Source of the DNA: Thermoproteus tenax Kra 1
Lineage (GTDB): Archaea; Thermoproteota; Thermoprotei; Thermoproteales; Thermoproteaceae
Assembly: GCF_000253055.1 (NCBI RefSeq)
Contig: NC_016070.1
Span: forward strand, 870,001-902,000
Direction: 5' to 3'
Length of the DNA: 32,000 nucleotides
Below, piece by piece: positions 7,668 to 16,730 of the stretch. A model generated the notes under the pieces. The model did no database searches. It saw only the letters and a list, made by a program, of their open reading frames with translations, and was not told where the DNA came from. The translations under genes were made by a program, and so were the position numbers. Each line of letters begins with the position of its first letter. The first letter of the stretch is position 1.

Positions 7668-7879
7668 TCAGGCGGCACCCTAGCTATTACCCTCCTCACC
7701 ACTTTTCCGTCGGGAGTTCTGAAGAGAGCGACGACCACGCCCGGCTTCCCGGGCGGTTGAAGCACCCAAGCCTTTTCAGGCTTCAACATATACCTTCTCC
7801 CCTCAACTACGACTTCATACTCTTTATCCAGTATGTCTGACACGTGGCCTCCTACTGGGGTAAAAAAATCTTTTCGCAA
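7664..7879 (-). CDS. Small conserved-looking protein of unknown function
   Basis: 71 aa, ATGA overlap with marC downstream, plausible codon usage. Confidence 0.5.
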   Translation of the reverse strand: MRKDFFTPVGGHVSDILDKEYEVVVEGRRYMLKPEKAWVLQPPGKPGVVVALFRTPDGKVVRRVIARVPPE

Positions 7880-7908
7880 AGTTTAAAACTTCCCGCTCCC
7901 CACCGCCA

Positions 7909-9060
7909 ATGTTACCGAGGGCGTTCGTAACAAGCGTAGTGGGCTCGTGGCCGCGCCCCAAGTGGCTTCTGGAGGCCTTCGAGAGAAGGGAGGCAGGCTT
8001 GATAGACGACGAGACTCTGAAGATATACATGGACGATGCCGTGAGGCTTGCGATCCAAGATCAAGTCGATGCAGGCATAGACGTGGTGACCGACGGGGAG
8101 CAGAGGCGCACAAGCTTCGTGGCATTCGTCGGACAGAAGCTCAAGGGCTTCAAAGTGGTCAAGGTGGACGAGCTCCACCCTGAGGCCAGAGAGATAATGA
8201 AGCGCCACAAGGCCCCGCTGACGATCTGGCGCCCAGTGATATCAGGCTATATTGAGGACAGCATAATAGCTGAGGACGAGGCCAAGTTCGCCAGAGCTGT
8301 CTCCCCGCGGCCCATTAAGGTGACGCTTCCCTCCCCCTATCTGATCATGTGGGAGAGCTGGCACCAGAAAATATCATCTCCCTACTATCCAAGGCCGGAG
8401 GACGCGGCCGAGGCATACGCCAAAGTTCTGCGGAGGGAGATCGCCCGGCTCATAGACGCAGGAGTCGCCTTTATACAATTGGACGAGCCCATGTTAGGAG
8501 ATCTACTGGAGGCCTCCGAGACGGAGCCGGACAGATATAAGAGAGTCGCAATGGAGATATACGGCCAGAAGTACCGAGGCCTCAAGGATGAGATAAGGCT
8601 CGCGGTCGACTTAGTCAACGAGGTCGTGCAAGGGTACGGGACGGTCGTCCGCATCGGGGTCCACTTGGACAGATGGCCCGCGGAGGACTCGCCGGTTGTA
8701 GGCTACGAGAGACTTGCCCCTGCCATCTTCGACCTCAAGGTGAGACAGTACGTCGTGGAGTACAAGGCGCCGCGCATGGGCGATCCGGCCGAGTTCGCCA
8801 AGATTCTGCCCTCAGACAAAGAGCTGGGCCTCGGCTCTGTGGACGTGAGGAACCCCAAGGCGGTGGAGACGCCCGAGGAGATCGTGGCCCACGTAGAGAG
8901 GGTGGTGAAATACGTAGATCCCACAAAGATATGGTTGAACCCCGACTGCGGCTTTGCGCCGGGCCAATTCAGAGCATTTCCGAGAGACGTAGCCAGAGCC
9001 AAGCTGAAGGCGATGGCCGAGGCCGCGAGGAAGTTGAGGGAGAAATACTGGTGGGTTTAG
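7909..9060 (+). CDS. metE: Cobalamin-independent methionine synthase (MetE catalytic-domain) family
   Basis: SVVGSWPRP, DVVTDGEQRR, FIQLDEPML, IWLNPDCGFAP (Zn-ligand Cys region). Substrate donor not determinable. Confidence 0.85.
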   Translation: MLPRAFVTSVVGSWPRPKWLLEAFERREAGLIDDETLKIYMDDAVRLAIQDQVDAGIDVVTDGEQRRTSFVAFVGQKLKGFKVVKVDELHPEAREIMKRHKAPLTIWRPVISGYIEDSIIAEDEAKFARAVSPRPIKVTLPSPYLIMWESWHQKISSPYYPRPEDAAEAYAKVLRREIARLIDAGVAFIQLDEPMLGDLLEASETEPDRYKRVAMEIYGQKYRGLKDEIRLAVDLVNEVVQGYGTVVRIGVHLDRWPAEDSPVVGYERLAPAIFDLKVRQYVVEYKAPRMGDPAEFAKILPSDKELGLGSVDVRNPKAVETPEEIVAHVERVVKYVDPTKIWLNPDCGFAPGQFRAFPRDVARAKLKAMAEAARKLREKYWWV

Positions 9061-9602
9061 GCAGGCCTGAACCAATAGGTTAGGTAGCCCTCCCCAGCCC
9101 TTTTCCCCACGACGAGTCTCATCTTCATGCCTGGCTTGAGCGTGCGCGGATCTGCATCTACCCAAGCGGTCACGTTGAAGCCCTCGGGCATCCGCACTAT
9201 CCCGACAACATAGTCTCTGTTGTGGGCAAAGGACGCCGGCTTTACATTTATCACAGTCCATGTTATCAATTCTCCCTCCCTTGACGCCTCCCTCCACTCC
9301 ATGTCGGACGCCTTGCATTTGGGACAGTCGGCTTGCGGCGGGAAGTAGACTGAGCCGCACCTCTTGCATACAGTGTAGTAGAGTCTCTCTTGAGAGAGCC
9401 CTTCTATGAACTTAGATATCCTGTTGACCGAGAGTTGGAACCTCAACCTTAACTCCCTCACGTCGACCCAGATTAGGGCTCCCGTTTTCTGATCTCTGAC
9501 AACGGGGAGCCCCGTGCTTGCGACCAGCCGATCCAGTTGGCTTAACTGCTCAGCCTCGGCCTTGTCCAGATATTCCCGCAGCTTCTGGATTATGGTGCTC
9601 AT
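9057..9602 (-). CDS. DUF35 / OB-fold with rubredoxin-like Zn ribbon, thiolase partner
   Basis: YYTVCKRCGSVYFPPQADCPKCKASDMEW... followed by an OB-fold-like segment; 4-nt overlap with the thiolase gene. Confidence 0.88.
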   Translation of the reverse strand: MSTIIQKLREYLDKAEAEQLSQLDRLVASTGLPVVRDQKTGALIWVDVRELRLRFQLSVNRISKFIEGLSQERLYYTVCKRCGSVYFPPQADCPKCKASDMEWREASREGELITWTVINVKPASFAHNRDYVVGIVRMPEGFNVTAWVDADPRTLKPGMKMRLVVGKRAGEGYLTYWFRPA

Positions 9603-10771
9603 AGCGACAATATGGTCACAAAGGCGTAGTGTCCGGTGCCGCCCACATTATGGGCCAACGCCATTCCCCTCCTTATGGGCGCCTGCCTCCCCCTTTCAAC
9701 CTCCTGGCGCAGTTGTCTTGTCAATTCGGCTATCATTGCAACTCCAGTGGCCCCGATGGGGTGTCCCTTGGCCTTCAGCCCGCCGCTTAGGTTAACCGGG
9801 ATCCTTCCGCCTATATACGTCTGTTTCTCCCGCGCCAACAGATAACCCTCCCCCCTCTTGGCGAAGCCCAAGTCCTCGTACGCCATAATCTCTGCTATAG
9901 TGAAGCAGTCGTGCACCTCGGCCACGTCTAGGTATTTGACGGGCTCAGAGGGATCTATCCCTGCCCTTCTATAGGCCCTCTCAGCCGCGAGTCTGGCCGC
10001 CTCTAGTCCCGTAAAGTCTGCGCGTTTGCTCAAGTTGCTGGTGCCGTTGGCGGCGCCTATGGCCTTTATCCACACGGGCGTGTCTGTGATCTTCCTCGCG
10101 ACCTCCTCGCTGGCGAGCACGACGGCGGCAGAGCCGTCGGTTATGGGCGATGAATCATAGAGTTTGAGGGGCCAGGCGACGTATTTAGACTTGAGACACT
10201 CCTCCAATGTTATAGGCTTTTGGAACTGCGCCTTTGGGTTCATGGAGCCGTAATAGTGGTTCTTCACGGCGACCTCACACAGGTCAGCCTCAGTGGCTCC
10301 ATACTTGTTCATATACGCAGTGGCATGCAAGGCGTAGTAGCCGGGAAACGTAAGGCCGAAGTTCTCGAACTCCCAGAAATAGTTCCCAGCTCTGCCTATG
10401 AACTCCACCACAGTAGGGGTCGGCGATTCGTTCATCTTCTCGACCCCTATGGCCATAACTATATCGGCCTCGCCGCTGGCGACCATATGATAGGCCGTCC
10501 TCACGGCCGAGGAGCCGCTTGCACACGCAGCCTCGACCCTTATGCCGCTATGTGGCGCCAATCCGCAGTACTCCCCCACTACTACGGCGGGGAGCGGCTC
10601 GCTGGACCAACCGCCTACGTTGCCTACGACGAATGCCTCTATGTCCTTGGTGTCGAGCCTCGCATCGTCGAGGGCCTCCTTGACGGATTCCCACGCAAGC
10701 TCAGGCAGAGAGACGTCCGGGCGATAGCCGAACTTCGAGACGCCTACTCCTACAACGGCGACCTTCCTCAT
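9599..10771 (-). CDS. Thiolase-family protein (SCP-x/lipid-transfer-type acetyl-CoA acetyltransferase)
   Basis: VEAACASGSSAVRTAY active-site Cys, NLSGGLKAKGHPIGATGVAMI. Confidence 0.88.
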   Translation of the reverse strand: MRKVAVVGVGVSKFGYRPDVSLPELAWESVKEALDDARLDTKDIEAFVVGNVGGWSSEPLPAVVVGEYCGLAPHSGIRVEAACASGSSAVRTAYHMVASGEADIVMAIGVEKMNESPTPTVVEFIGRAGNYFWEFENFGLTFPGYYALHATAYMNKYGATEADLCEVAVKNHYYGSMNPKAQFQKPITLEECLKSKYVAWPLKLYDSSPITDGSAAVVLASEEVARKITDTPVWIKAIGAANGTSNLSKRADFTGLEAARLAAERAYRRAGIDPSEPVKYLDVAEVHDCFTIAEIMAYEDLGFAKRGEGYLLAREKQTYIGGRIPVNLSGGLKAKGHPIGATGVAMIAELTRQLRQEVERGRQAPIRRGMALAHNVGGTGHYAFVTILSL

Positions 10772-12000
10772 GTGACGAGTTTGGCGACCTCCTCAGGTAT
10801 CTGTCCCTTCTCTCTCAAGAGGCGTATCAGCTGTCTATACGCCGTGAGGCGTTGGATGTTGTTGGCGCCCTCGTATATCTGTGTTATTTTGACGTCGCGC
10901 AAGAACCTCTCGATGCCAGTTTCGACTATTACGCCAACTCCTCCATGGAGGTTTATGGCCTCTGATATTATTTCCTCGGCGACCTCAGTCGCATAGAACT
11001 TAGCCAGCGAGGCCACGAAGGTGAACTCCCTTCTTCCATCGTCGGCCAGTTTGGCCGCTAAATATGTCAAGAGTCTCGCCGAGAACAGCTTAGCGGCCAT
11101 GTCCATGAGGCTGAACTGTATTGCCTGGAAGTACGCAACGGGGACTCCGAAGGCCTGTCTCTGATGTACGTACTGGAAGGCCCTCTCGAAGGCGCCTTGG
11201 GCCATTCCCACAGCCTGTGCGGCGACGCCTATCCTTGTCCTATCGAAGGTCTCCATGGCGTATATGAAGCCCATGCCCTCCTCGCCCACTCTATTCTCGT
11301 CCGGCACCTCCACATTGTCGAAGACGAGCTCGCATGCGTTATCGCCGTGTAGGCCCATTTTGTGGTAGCACTGTTCCACTCTGAAGCCTGGAGTTCCCTT
11401 CTCCACTATGAAGAACGTCAAGCCTAAGTATCGGGCTCTTTTATCAGGCGGCGGGTAGGTTCTGGCCAGGACGACGAAGTAGTCGGCTACGTCGGAGCTG
11501 CTGATGAACGCCTTCCTTCCATTGATGACCCACTTGTCTCCCCTCTTCTCAGCCTTCGTTTGTATTCCGGCCACATCGCTGCCGCAACAAGGCTCAGTCA
11601 CCGCGAACGCGCCCAGCTTTTCGCCGCGCGCTATCGGCGGGATATATTTGCGCCTCTGCTCCTCGGTCCCAAAGAGCAGTATGGGAGTCATGAAGAGCTC
11701 GTTTGTTCCGAAGTAGACGCTGAGGCCAGGTAGCACTCTACAAAACTCCTCGCTCATTATGGCCGCCATTCTGTGATCGCCGCCCTGGCCGCCGTACTGT
11801 TCGGGGACGCCTATGCCGTAGAATCCTTGCTCCGCTATTTTCTTAATGATGTCCAACGGAGGCCGATCTCTCTCCTCGATCTCCATGGCCCTTGGCGCTA
11901 TCTCCCTTTCAACGAACTCTCTTACAGCCTTTCTGAACATCTCATGTTCTGGCGTCAGTACCACAGAGAAGTCGGTTATAGAGTCCAGTGGGAATACCAT
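10768..12000 (-). CDS. Acyl-CoA dehydrogenase
   Basis: YGGQGGD, GAFAVTEPCCGSDVAGIQTKA, NLHGGVGVIVETGIERFLRDVKITQIYEGANNIQRL. Confidence 0.93.
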   Translation of the reverse strand: MVFPLDSITDFSVVLTPEHEMFRKAVREFVEREIAPRAMEIEERDRPPLDIIKKIAEQGFYGIGVPEQYGGQGGDHRMAAIMSEEFCRVLPGLSVYFGTNELFMTPILLFGTEEQRRKYIPPIARGEKLGAFAVTEPCCGSDVAGIQTKAEKRGDKWVINGRKAFISSSDVADYFVVLARTYPPPDKRARYLGLTFFIVEKGTPGFRVEQCYHKMGLHGDNACELVFDNVEVPDENRVGEEGMGFIYAMETFDRTRIGVAAQAVGMAQGAFERAFQYVHQRQAFGVPVAYFQAIQFSLMDMAAKLFSARLLTYLAAKLADDGRREFTFVASLAKFYATEVAEEIISEAINLHGGVGVIVETGIERFLRDVKITQIYEGANNIQRLTAYRQLIRLLREKGQIPEEVAKLVT

Positions 12001-12082
12001 GGCCCATTGTTACGGCCTCAATATAAACCATTATTTCGGCTAGACGTTAAGATCATTTTTAAAATACTCGACACAAGATAAG

Positions 12083-13834
12083 GTGGAGTCCCATGAAATC
12101 TTTGAAAAATATATAAAAAATCGTCCCTGGACTAAGAACTACGACGAGGGTATACCTGCCGAAGTCACGATAAGGCCGGAGCCGTTATATGCGTACCTCG
12201 ATAGGACAGCTTCATCATATCCAGAGCGAACAGCCTTTGTCTATTTCGGCTCCCACGTTAAATACAAGACGCTGGCCGATCACAGCGACAGAGTGGCCAA
12301 GGCCTTGAGGGAGATGGGGGTGTCCAAAGGCGACATAGTTGCACTCTACATGCCGAACCACCCGGCGTTCGCCGTAGCCTTCTACGCCGCCGCCAAGATA
12401 GGCGCCACAGTCACGCCCATGAACCCGTTGTATACGCCGGGCGAGGTGGCCAGACAAGCGAGGGACTCGGAGGCTAGGGTGTTGTTCACAGCAGATGTAC
12501 AATACGACAAGGCCATAAAGGCCAACGAGGAGTACAGGTTCGAGAAAGTGATAGTGGCCGAGATGACCGAGTATATGCCGGCGTGGCTGAAGCCTATCGC
12601 GCGGCGCCAGATCAGAGCGCCGAGGATAAAATACGGCGGCGCCGTGGTGAAGTACGCCGAGCTTCTGTCATATGAGGCCGAGGGCTATAGAGCCGCCGTA
12701 AAGCCTGAGGAGGATGTAGTGGCGCTTATGTACACAGGCGGAACTACGGGGACGCCCAAGGGCGCCGAGATCACCCACGCCAACATATCGTCGAATCTAC
12801 AACAACTGAAGCCGTTCTACGACGTAGTCAGAAGGTCGCGGGGCATAGGGGCAGATGCGCCCCTCGTCCTAGTGGGGGTTCTGCCTTGGTATCATATATA
12901 CGGCCAAGTGACTGTATTACACTATTCGATATTCGACGGAGATACAGTGTTGGTATACCCCCGATTTGATCTGAAGAAGATACTCTCCGACATAGGCAAA
13001 TATAAGGCGTCCGTGTTCCACGGCGTTCCGACCATATTCAACGCCATAGTGAACAGCGTCGATGTAAGGAGATACGATCTGACTAGCTTGGCCTTCTGCA
13101 TCTCGGGGTCCTCGCCCCTGCCCGTAGAGCTCGCGAGGAGATTCGAGGCGGCTACCGGCGCGCCGCTCAGAGAGGGATACGGCATGACGGAGACCGCTGT
13201 GGTGACGCACCTCAACCCTCTGCTCAACGGGAGACACAAGGCCGGCTCCATCGGGTTGCCCCTCCCGAGCACATACGCCGCAATAGCCGACCTTGAGAAG
13301 CCCGAGTTGCTTCCACCGGGCCAGACCGGCGAACTCGTCATTTCGGGCCCCCAAGTCATGAAGGGCTATCACAACAGGCCCGAGGAGAATAAGGAGGCCT
13401 TCTTCAACTGTTGCGGCCTGCGGTGGTTTAGAACAGGCGATATAGCGTATATGGACGAGGAGGGCTATTTCTACATAGTTGATAGGAAAAAGGACATGAT
13501 CAAATACAAGGGATACTCCGTGTTCTCCAGAGAGATCGAGGAGGTCTTGTATCAACATCCGTGTGTCAAGGAGGCGGCGGTGATAGGGGTGCCCGACCAA
13601 GAGGCGGGCGAGGCGCCCAAGGCGTTCGTGGTGCTTAAGGACGAATGTAAAGAGCAGATCAAGCCGGCGGACATAATCAAGTGGGCGTCTGAGAGGTTGG
13701 CCCCCTATAAGAGACCTAGATACGTCGAGTTTAGGTCGGAGCTCCCCAAGTCGGCTGTCGGCAAGATACTAAAGCGTATCCTAAAGGAGGAGGAGCTGTC
13801 CAAATGGGCTCAGACAGGCAGATCGAATAAATAA
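12083..13834 (+). CDS. AMP-forming acyl-CoA synthetase
   Basis: YTGGTTGTPKGAEITHANI, GYGMTETAVVTHLNP, GDIAYMDEEGYFYIVDRKKDMIKYKGYSVFSREIEEVL, KSAVGKILKR. GTG start with TATA-like tttttaaaat about 26 nt upstream. Confidence 0.92.
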   Translation: MESHEIFEKYIKNRPWTKNYDEGIPAEVTIRPEPLYAYLDRTASSYPERTAFVYFGSHVKYKTLADHSDRVAKALREMGVSKGDIVALYMPNHPAFAVAFYAAAKIGATVTPMNPLYTPGEVARQARDSEARVLFTADVQYDKAIKANEEYRFEKVIVAEMTEYMPAWLKPIARRQIRAPRIKYGGAVVKYAELLSYEAEGYRAAVKPEEDVVALMYTGGTTGTPKGAEITHANISSNLQQLKPFYDVVRRSRGIGADAPLVLVGVLPWYHIYGQVTVLHYSIFDGDTVLVYPRFDLKKILSDIGKYKASVFHGVPTIFNAIVNSVDVRRYDLTSLAFCISGSSPLPVELARRFEAATGAPLREGYGMTETAVVTHLNPLLNGRHKAGSIGLPLPSTYAAIADLEKPELLPPGQTGELVISGPQVMKGYHNRPEENKEAFFNCCGLRWFRTGDIAYMDEEGYFYIVDRKKDMIKYKGYSVFSREIEEVLYQHPCVKEAAVIGVPDQEAGEAPKAFVVLKDECKEQIKPADIIKWASERLAPYKRPRYVEFRSELPKSAVGKILKRILKEEELSKWAQTGRSNK

Positions 13835-13880
13835 CTCACCCAAATCAATAACATTTAAAAATATAACAATCTATTAATAT

Positions 13881-15542
13881 ATGGGCTACAAATATCAATT
13901 GACACTAAATAATTTATTAAGATATGTAAACTATGTATTTAGCGATGTACCGATCGTATACAGGCCGCCCCACGGAATTAGCTATCGGTCAACGTACGGT
14001 GAGGAGTACAGAAGGATCCTCAAGTTGGCGGACGGCCTCAGGAAGCTCGGCATAGAGCCCGGCGATAGAGTCGCCTCTCTGGACTGGAACACAATTTACC
14101 ACTGGGACCTCTACTGGGCGGTGCCCGGCATAGGTGCTGCGCTACACACTGTTAACGTAAGGCTGGCTCCCGAGGATATCGCCTACACGATAAACCAGGC
14201 CGGGGATAAGATGCTGATATACCACAGAGACTTCGCGCCGCTCGTTGAAAAGCTGAAGCCCGCTCTAAAGCAGGTCAAATATTACGTGCAGATATCGGAT
14301 GGACAAGGCTCTGTGGGCAAGGACCCTGATATAGAGGACGTGATAAAGTCTGGAGAAGAGAGGGAGCTCCCAGAGCTGAGCGAGGATCAAGTAGCCACCG
14401 TCCTATATACTTCAGGCACCACTGGGAGGCCCAAGGGCGCCTATTTCACCCATAGACAACTAGTGTTGCACACCTTGAGCGTGGCGCTCGCAATCGTTGG
14501 GTTCAGAGGATTGAGCCGGGGGGACTGCGCAGAGGTCAGCGGTGAGCCCTGTGCTACACTCTATCTGGTGCCCATGTTCCATGTCCATGCCTGGGGCCTC
14601 CCGTGGGTCTACTCAGTGGTCGGCTGGAAGCAAGTGTTGCCGGGCCGGTTTGACTACGGCCACATCTTGAGGCTCATAGTTGAGGAAAAGGTGAAGGCCA
14701 TGGCGGGAGTCCCCACCATCTTGTATATGTTGGTCACTCATCCGGATCTGAACAAATATATTTCCGAGATCAAAAGGCTGGCGCCCATATACGTAGTTGG
14801 CGGAGCGGCGTTGCCGAAGGAGCTTGCGAAGAAGGCCTCTGAGGCTGGCTTCGTGCCGCGCTCGGGCTACGGAATGACGGAGACTGCGCCGGTTGTCTCC
14901 CTCGGCTTCTTGAGACCCACTGAGAAGTGGCCGGAGGATCCAGAGAGACTCTACGATCTTATCACCATGACGGGGCTTCCGAACCCTCTGTCGGAGTTTG
15001 CGGTCTTTGACGAGAGCGATAAACCGGTCCCCAGAGACTGCAGAACAGCGGGAGAATTGGCTTTGAGAGCTCCGTGGATAACGCCGGAGTACATAGGGGA
15101 CCCAGAGAAGACCAGGACTGCGTGGCGGAACGGTTGGTTTCATACGGGCGATGCCGCCGTGTGGTGTCCCGACGGGAGGATCAAGATAGTGGACAGATTG
15201 AAGGACGTGATAAAGTCCGGAGGCGAGTGGATATCATCGCTACAGCTCGAGGATTTAATAATGACGCACCCCGCCGTGGGCATAGCGGCGGTGGTCGGGC
15301 TGCCGCACGAGAAATGGGGCGAGAGGCCCGTGGCCTTCATAGTCCCAAAGCCGAACGCCGCAGTCACGCCAGAGGATATAACAAGCCATCTATTGAAGTT
15401 CGTGGAGGCAGGCAAGATCCCCAAGTGGTGGCTACCTGACAAGGTTGTAATAGTCAACGACTTGCCCATGACAGGCACTGGAAAAATAGACAAGAAGGCG
15501 TTGAGGGAGAAGTACAGAGACCTTTTGAGGCAATCTATATAA
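13881..15542 (+). CDS. AMP-forming acyl-CoA synthetase (medium/long-chain)
   Basis: YTSGTTGRPKGAYFTHRQLV, GYGMTETAPVVSLG, GWFHTGDAAVWCPDGRIKIVDRLKDVIKSGGEWISSLQLEDLI, TGTGKIDKKAL. Confidence 0.92.
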   Translation: MGYKYQLTLNNLLRYVNYVFSDVPIVYRPPHGISYRSTYGEEYRRILKLADGLRKLGIEPGDRVASLDWNTIYHWDLYWAVPGIGAALHTVNVRLAPEDIAYTINQAGDKMLIYHRDFAPLVEKLKPALKQVKYYVQISDGQGSVGKDPDIEDVIKSGEERELPELSEDQVATVLYTSGTTGRPKGAYFTHRQLVLHTLSVALAIVGFRGLSRGDCAEVSGEPCATLYLVPMFHVHAWGLPWVYSVVGWKQVLPGRFDYGHILRLIVEEKVKAMAGVPTILYMLVTHPDLNKYISEIKRLAPIYVVGGAALPKELAKKASEAGFVPRSGYGMTETAPVVSLGFLRPTEKWPEDPERLYDLITMTGLPNPLSEFAVFDESDKPVPRDCRTAGELALRAPWITPEYIGDPEKTRTAWRNGWFHTGDAAVWCPDGRIKIVDRLKDVIKSGGEWISSLQLEDLIMTHPAVGIAAVVGLPHEKWGERPVAFIVPKPNAAVTPEDITSHLLKFVEAGKIPKWWLPDKVVIVNDLPMTGTGKIDKKALREKYRDLLRQSI

Positions 15543-15563
15543 CACAGGGCTGTAGGGTTTTTT

Positions 15564-16652
15564 ATGCAGGACTTCAAGGCACTGCTCAAAAGGCTATCCG
15601 AGGCCTTCGGCCCCTCGGGCTTTGAGGACGAGGTCCGCGACCTAGTTATAGAAGAGATGAGGCCCTACGTGGACCAGATATTCGTGGACAAGTGGGGCAA
15701 TGTGTACGGCGTGAAGAAGGGACGCACGGAATACCGAGCAATGGTGGCCGCCCACATGGACGAGATAGGCCTCGTAGTAGACCACGTAGAGAAGAGCGGG
15801 TTCCTTCGCGTGAAGCCTGTAGGGGGGTGGAACGAAGTGACTCTGGTCGGCCAAAGGGTTATAATAAAGGCCAGAGATGGAAGGAAGATCAGAGGAGTGG
15901 TCGGCACTAGACCGCCCCACATAACGCCGCCCGGCAAAGAGAGAGAGGCCCCCGAGATGAAGGACCTCTTCATCGACATAGGCGCCTCGAGCGCCGAGGA
16001 GGTAGCAAAGCTGGGCGTAGAGGTGGGGTCGGTGGCTGTTTTGGATAGGGAGTTCGTCGACTTGGCCTACGACGTCGTGACCGGCAAGGCGTTCGACGAC
16101 AGAGTGGGCCTTGCCGTGATGCTCTATACCCTTAGGCAGTTGGACGATATACCTGTGACTCTCTATGCAGTGGCGACCGTGCAGGAGGAGGTCGGCTTAA
16201 GGGGCGCATCAATAGCGGCGGAGCGCGTGAACCCCCATTACGCTATCGCGTTGGACACTACGGTGGCCTCGGACGTGCCCGGAGCCTCTGAGAGGGACTA
16301 CGTGGCCAGAGTGGGCAAGGGGCCTGCGATCAAGGTCCTAGACGGCGGAAGGGCCGGGCTCTTCATCGCCCATCCGAGGCTCAGAGACTTCATAGTGGAA
16401 GTGGCCAGGAGGGAGGGTATACCGCACCAGCTCGAGGTCCTATACGGCGGAACCACCGACGCTCTGGCTATAGCCTTTAGACGGGAGGGCGTGCCGGCGG
16501 CCACAATATCTATTCCCACTCGCTATATCCACTCGCCTGTGGAGGTGCTCAAAGTGGACGACGCAGTCAATGCCTCCAAGCTGCTCGCCGCAACAATTAG
16601 AAACAGTGATTCTAACTTTATAGAATCTCTACTAGAAAAACATATAAAATAA
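15564..16652 (+). CDS. M42 family metallo-aminopeptidase
   Basis: SGFEDEVRDLV, VAAHMDEIGLVVDHV, GKAFDDRVGLAVML, ATVQEEVGLRGA, YGGTTDALAIAF, RYIHSPVEVLKVDD. Confidence 0.92.
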   Translation: MQDFKALLKRLSEAFGPSGFEDEVRDLVIEEMRPYVDQIFVDKWGNVYGVKKGRTEYRAMVAAHMDEIGLVVDHVEKSGFLRVKPVGGWNEVTLVGQRVIIKARDGRKIRGVVGTRPPHITPPGKEREAPEMKDLFIDIGASSAEEVAKLGVEVGSVAVLDREFVDLAYDVVTGKAFDDRVGLAVMLYTLRQLDDIPVTLYAVATVQEEVGLRGASIAAERVNPHYAIALDTTVASDVPGASERDYVARVGKGPAIKVLDGGRAGLFIAHPRLRDFIVEVARREGIPHQLEVLYGGTTDALAIAFRREGVPAATISIPTRYIHSPVEVLKVDDAVNASKLLAATIRNSDSNFIESLLEKHIK

Positions 16653-16730
16653 ATCAACTATATAGCTCTATTAAGTTTATTTTGGCAGTAGGCGTAACTC
16701 TTATTTAAAAAGTTGCGACAACCTCGCTCC

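Noticed and set aside
8673-9083. Long overlapping ORFs on alternative frames (for example 8673..9083 +, 10220..10996 +, 12917..13600 -, 14613..15143 -, 29729..30226 +)
   Set aside because: They overlap strongly supported conserved genes and read as low-complexity Arg/Gly/His-rich frames typical of high-GC antisense or shifted frames.
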